From positions 1,364,001 to 1,428,000 of the forward strand of contig NC_081332.1 of NCBI RefSeq assembly GCF_022539665.2: a stretch of 64,000 nucleotides of DNA, read 5' to 3'. A model generated the notes under the pieces. It was not told the DNA's origin and ran no database searches. It saw nothing but the letters and a program-made list of their open reading frames with translations. Of the stretch, positions 61,801-64,000 are shown in pieces. Both the position numbers and the translations under genes were made by a program. This DNA comes from Daphnia carinata. Lineage: Eukaryota. The stretch's first letter is position 1; every line of letters begins with the position of its first letter.

Positions 61801-64000
61801 TCAGATGCGCACAAGTCGAGAATATATGCCACCATATGAAATAGACTTTAAATCGTGCGTACGTACTTGATCGGGATAGCGCCAAACAAAAAATAAGAGA
61901 CTTTTGGCATTGTATGCAAATTGCGACAAGTAGCAGAAAATAATTGTTTCAAGGAAGAGATAGAAATCAATTCGTGTCGTACGTTTTTGCCGAAGCCAAA
62001 AAAAAAGAAACAACCGTGGCATATTTTGATGCGTTCGTGGAAAATCAAAAGTGGATCACTCGATTGACCTGTTCTTGTGGTACATTCAAGCCATTACGTA
62101 AATGGGATAGCCAATCACCTTTCCTCACATAGTTTCGCATTTTTATTGGAACAATATTCTTTCACCACCTTTTAAGTGAAAAATCAATTAGGTCGATTGC
62201 GAGCAGGTGTTTTCGTCAACCGGTTAGAAACAATCAGAAGACACAAAGGTAAAAATGCACGAGCTGCTAAACGATTTCATCATCGTGAAACGCTGATGGA
62301 TTCCCCTTTTTTTTTTTTTCATTTAACGGGATAAAAACAGGATCGCACATATTCAAACATCAACGTGAGTTATGCGCGCATATCGGTCGTCTCAATCACA
62401 ATGGCCCCAGTATGCAAATTCTTTCGTTTTTTCTTCCTACCCTGCAAATGATTAACGGGATGTGTAGCAGAAAAGCTTCTTCAAAAAATCATGTACGCGT
62501 GAATCGTGATTTAGACCAAAGAAAGATTTCAAAAACATACAAAAGGTAATACACTTCAAAAAAAATGAAACGCGTGCCAGCGCGGGACAAACTCACGAAA
62601 AACGAGTTTTTTTTTTCTTTCTCAAGTAGCGGGAGCACAAAAAAAAAACTACGCAAATTTGCATATCCTGTTTTGGTATAAGGAATCGGAGACGACGGAG
62701 CGTGAATTTCTTATTGCCGCGCATTAGATAATAGGAATTGATTTCTTTTCTTTCTTTTTTTTTTGATCGCATTTTCTTTTTTATTCACCATGTGACGATC
62801 TAAATAAAAAAAAAAAAAAAGGGGAAAATGGCTTCCCTACTTTTAGTTCTCCGTATATGACGCGTATATATTTATAGTTTTCCAAGTAGGAAAAACAATT
62901 TCACTCGGTCAGCACGTGAACGATTTTAGCGCAACTGGTTCTTGTTTTGTTTTTTTTTGTCACTTGGGATGAAAATAGAAAACAATTTCATTAAAACATT
63001 CGTGTTAGATCTCTTTAAAAATAGATGACGCTATCGATCACTTGGAAATGACTTTCAAACTGGTGAATCCCAATTGATTACAGTCCAATAAACAGAACGA
63101 ATAAGACGCAATGATTCGTTACTAACGAGACCCTCTTCTACATTTTTTTTACTTAAAAAACGTTGATGTTTGGCCAGATTTTTCGATGCCTATTGTCATC
63201 AAGCGGAAAGGGAGGGAGAAATACCAGCAGCTGTCGCCGAACAATTAGCCGCTTATTAATCTACATTTTCAAAAGAAAATCGTATATAAAAACCGTAGAA
63301 CATCATTCGTTGACAAAAAGCAGACGTAACAATGCGCAATAGCCAATAATCCCATCACGCACAGGCTGTTTTAAGCGGATGACGTCACACACACACAATT
63401 GCTGGGGTTTCCCTCACGCTGACATTCTCTTTACGATAAGTATAATACCCCCCAAAATGAATTACATTTAATGACCCATTTAGCATTTCAAAAAGGAATT
63501 CGGGCTCAAAAGTTCGTTCGGGAAAAGAAAAAAGAAAAGGTGTGGTCGTTAGTAGGCAGTGATCGGTGCTGCCCCCTGGCGGATTTTCTCAATGGCTACA
63601 AAAATTCGTTTCAATACATTTTCAAGCCCCCAACCCTAGAATTGAAAACAAACGACATAAGAACGAAAACACAGAGGGCTGACTGGGCACGTGCGTGAGT
63701 CTAAAACAAACAACGAGGCCCAAAGTGCTGAACGCTGTACATATAATCCTCACTTGTATAACATGAGCTATACTTTGCACCTGCTGTAGCCCCCCCCCTC
63801 CTTACTTTTGTTTTTCCACACGACCCCTAGCAATTTCTCTGAAATGATGAAAAATAGCAATGAAAATGAAGAAGATTTGTAAATTAGCTCGTGCCATTGA
63901 AAAGTTGAATTGAAGGCCTAACCGCATAGAGGAAGAAGAGGGAGGGAGGGTTTATATTTAGCGGCTTTCACGCGGGGTCGTGCGGGCCCTTCCCCCCCCA

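Noticed and set aside
51746..63698. Numerous 60-180 aa ORFs rich in K, F, G, CV or HT runs
   Set aside because: Translations of homopolymers and dinucleotide microsatellites; no coding signature.

Overview
Eukaryotic, AT-rich, small-intron genomic DNA. The gene content (divergent ionotropic-receptor cluster, 60-100 nt introns, intron-embedded RNase P RNA) suggests a crustacean such as Daphnia; this is inference. Left to right: four small spliced genes (three secreted, including a two-repeat Cys/cationic peptide precursor); four tandem divergent ionotropic receptors; a furin-site prepropeptide; tRNA-Arg(CCT); a 474-bp hAT MITE with a perfect 8-bp TSD; an apparently non-coding spliced host transcript with an RNase P RNA gene in one intron; a repeat block with a ~5-kb palindrome; a Gly/Tyr-rich secreted protein; two tandem aminopeptidase P genes; a CIDE-N gene convergent with UTP11; and ~13 kb of non-coding, homopolymer-rich DNA. 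The most striking observation is that the intronic RNase P RNA is bracketed by a canonical box C/D kink-turn motif at the position typical of intronic snoRNAs, suggesting a snoRNP-protected RNase P RNA precursor. All exon structures were assembled by eye and need RNA-seq confirmation.
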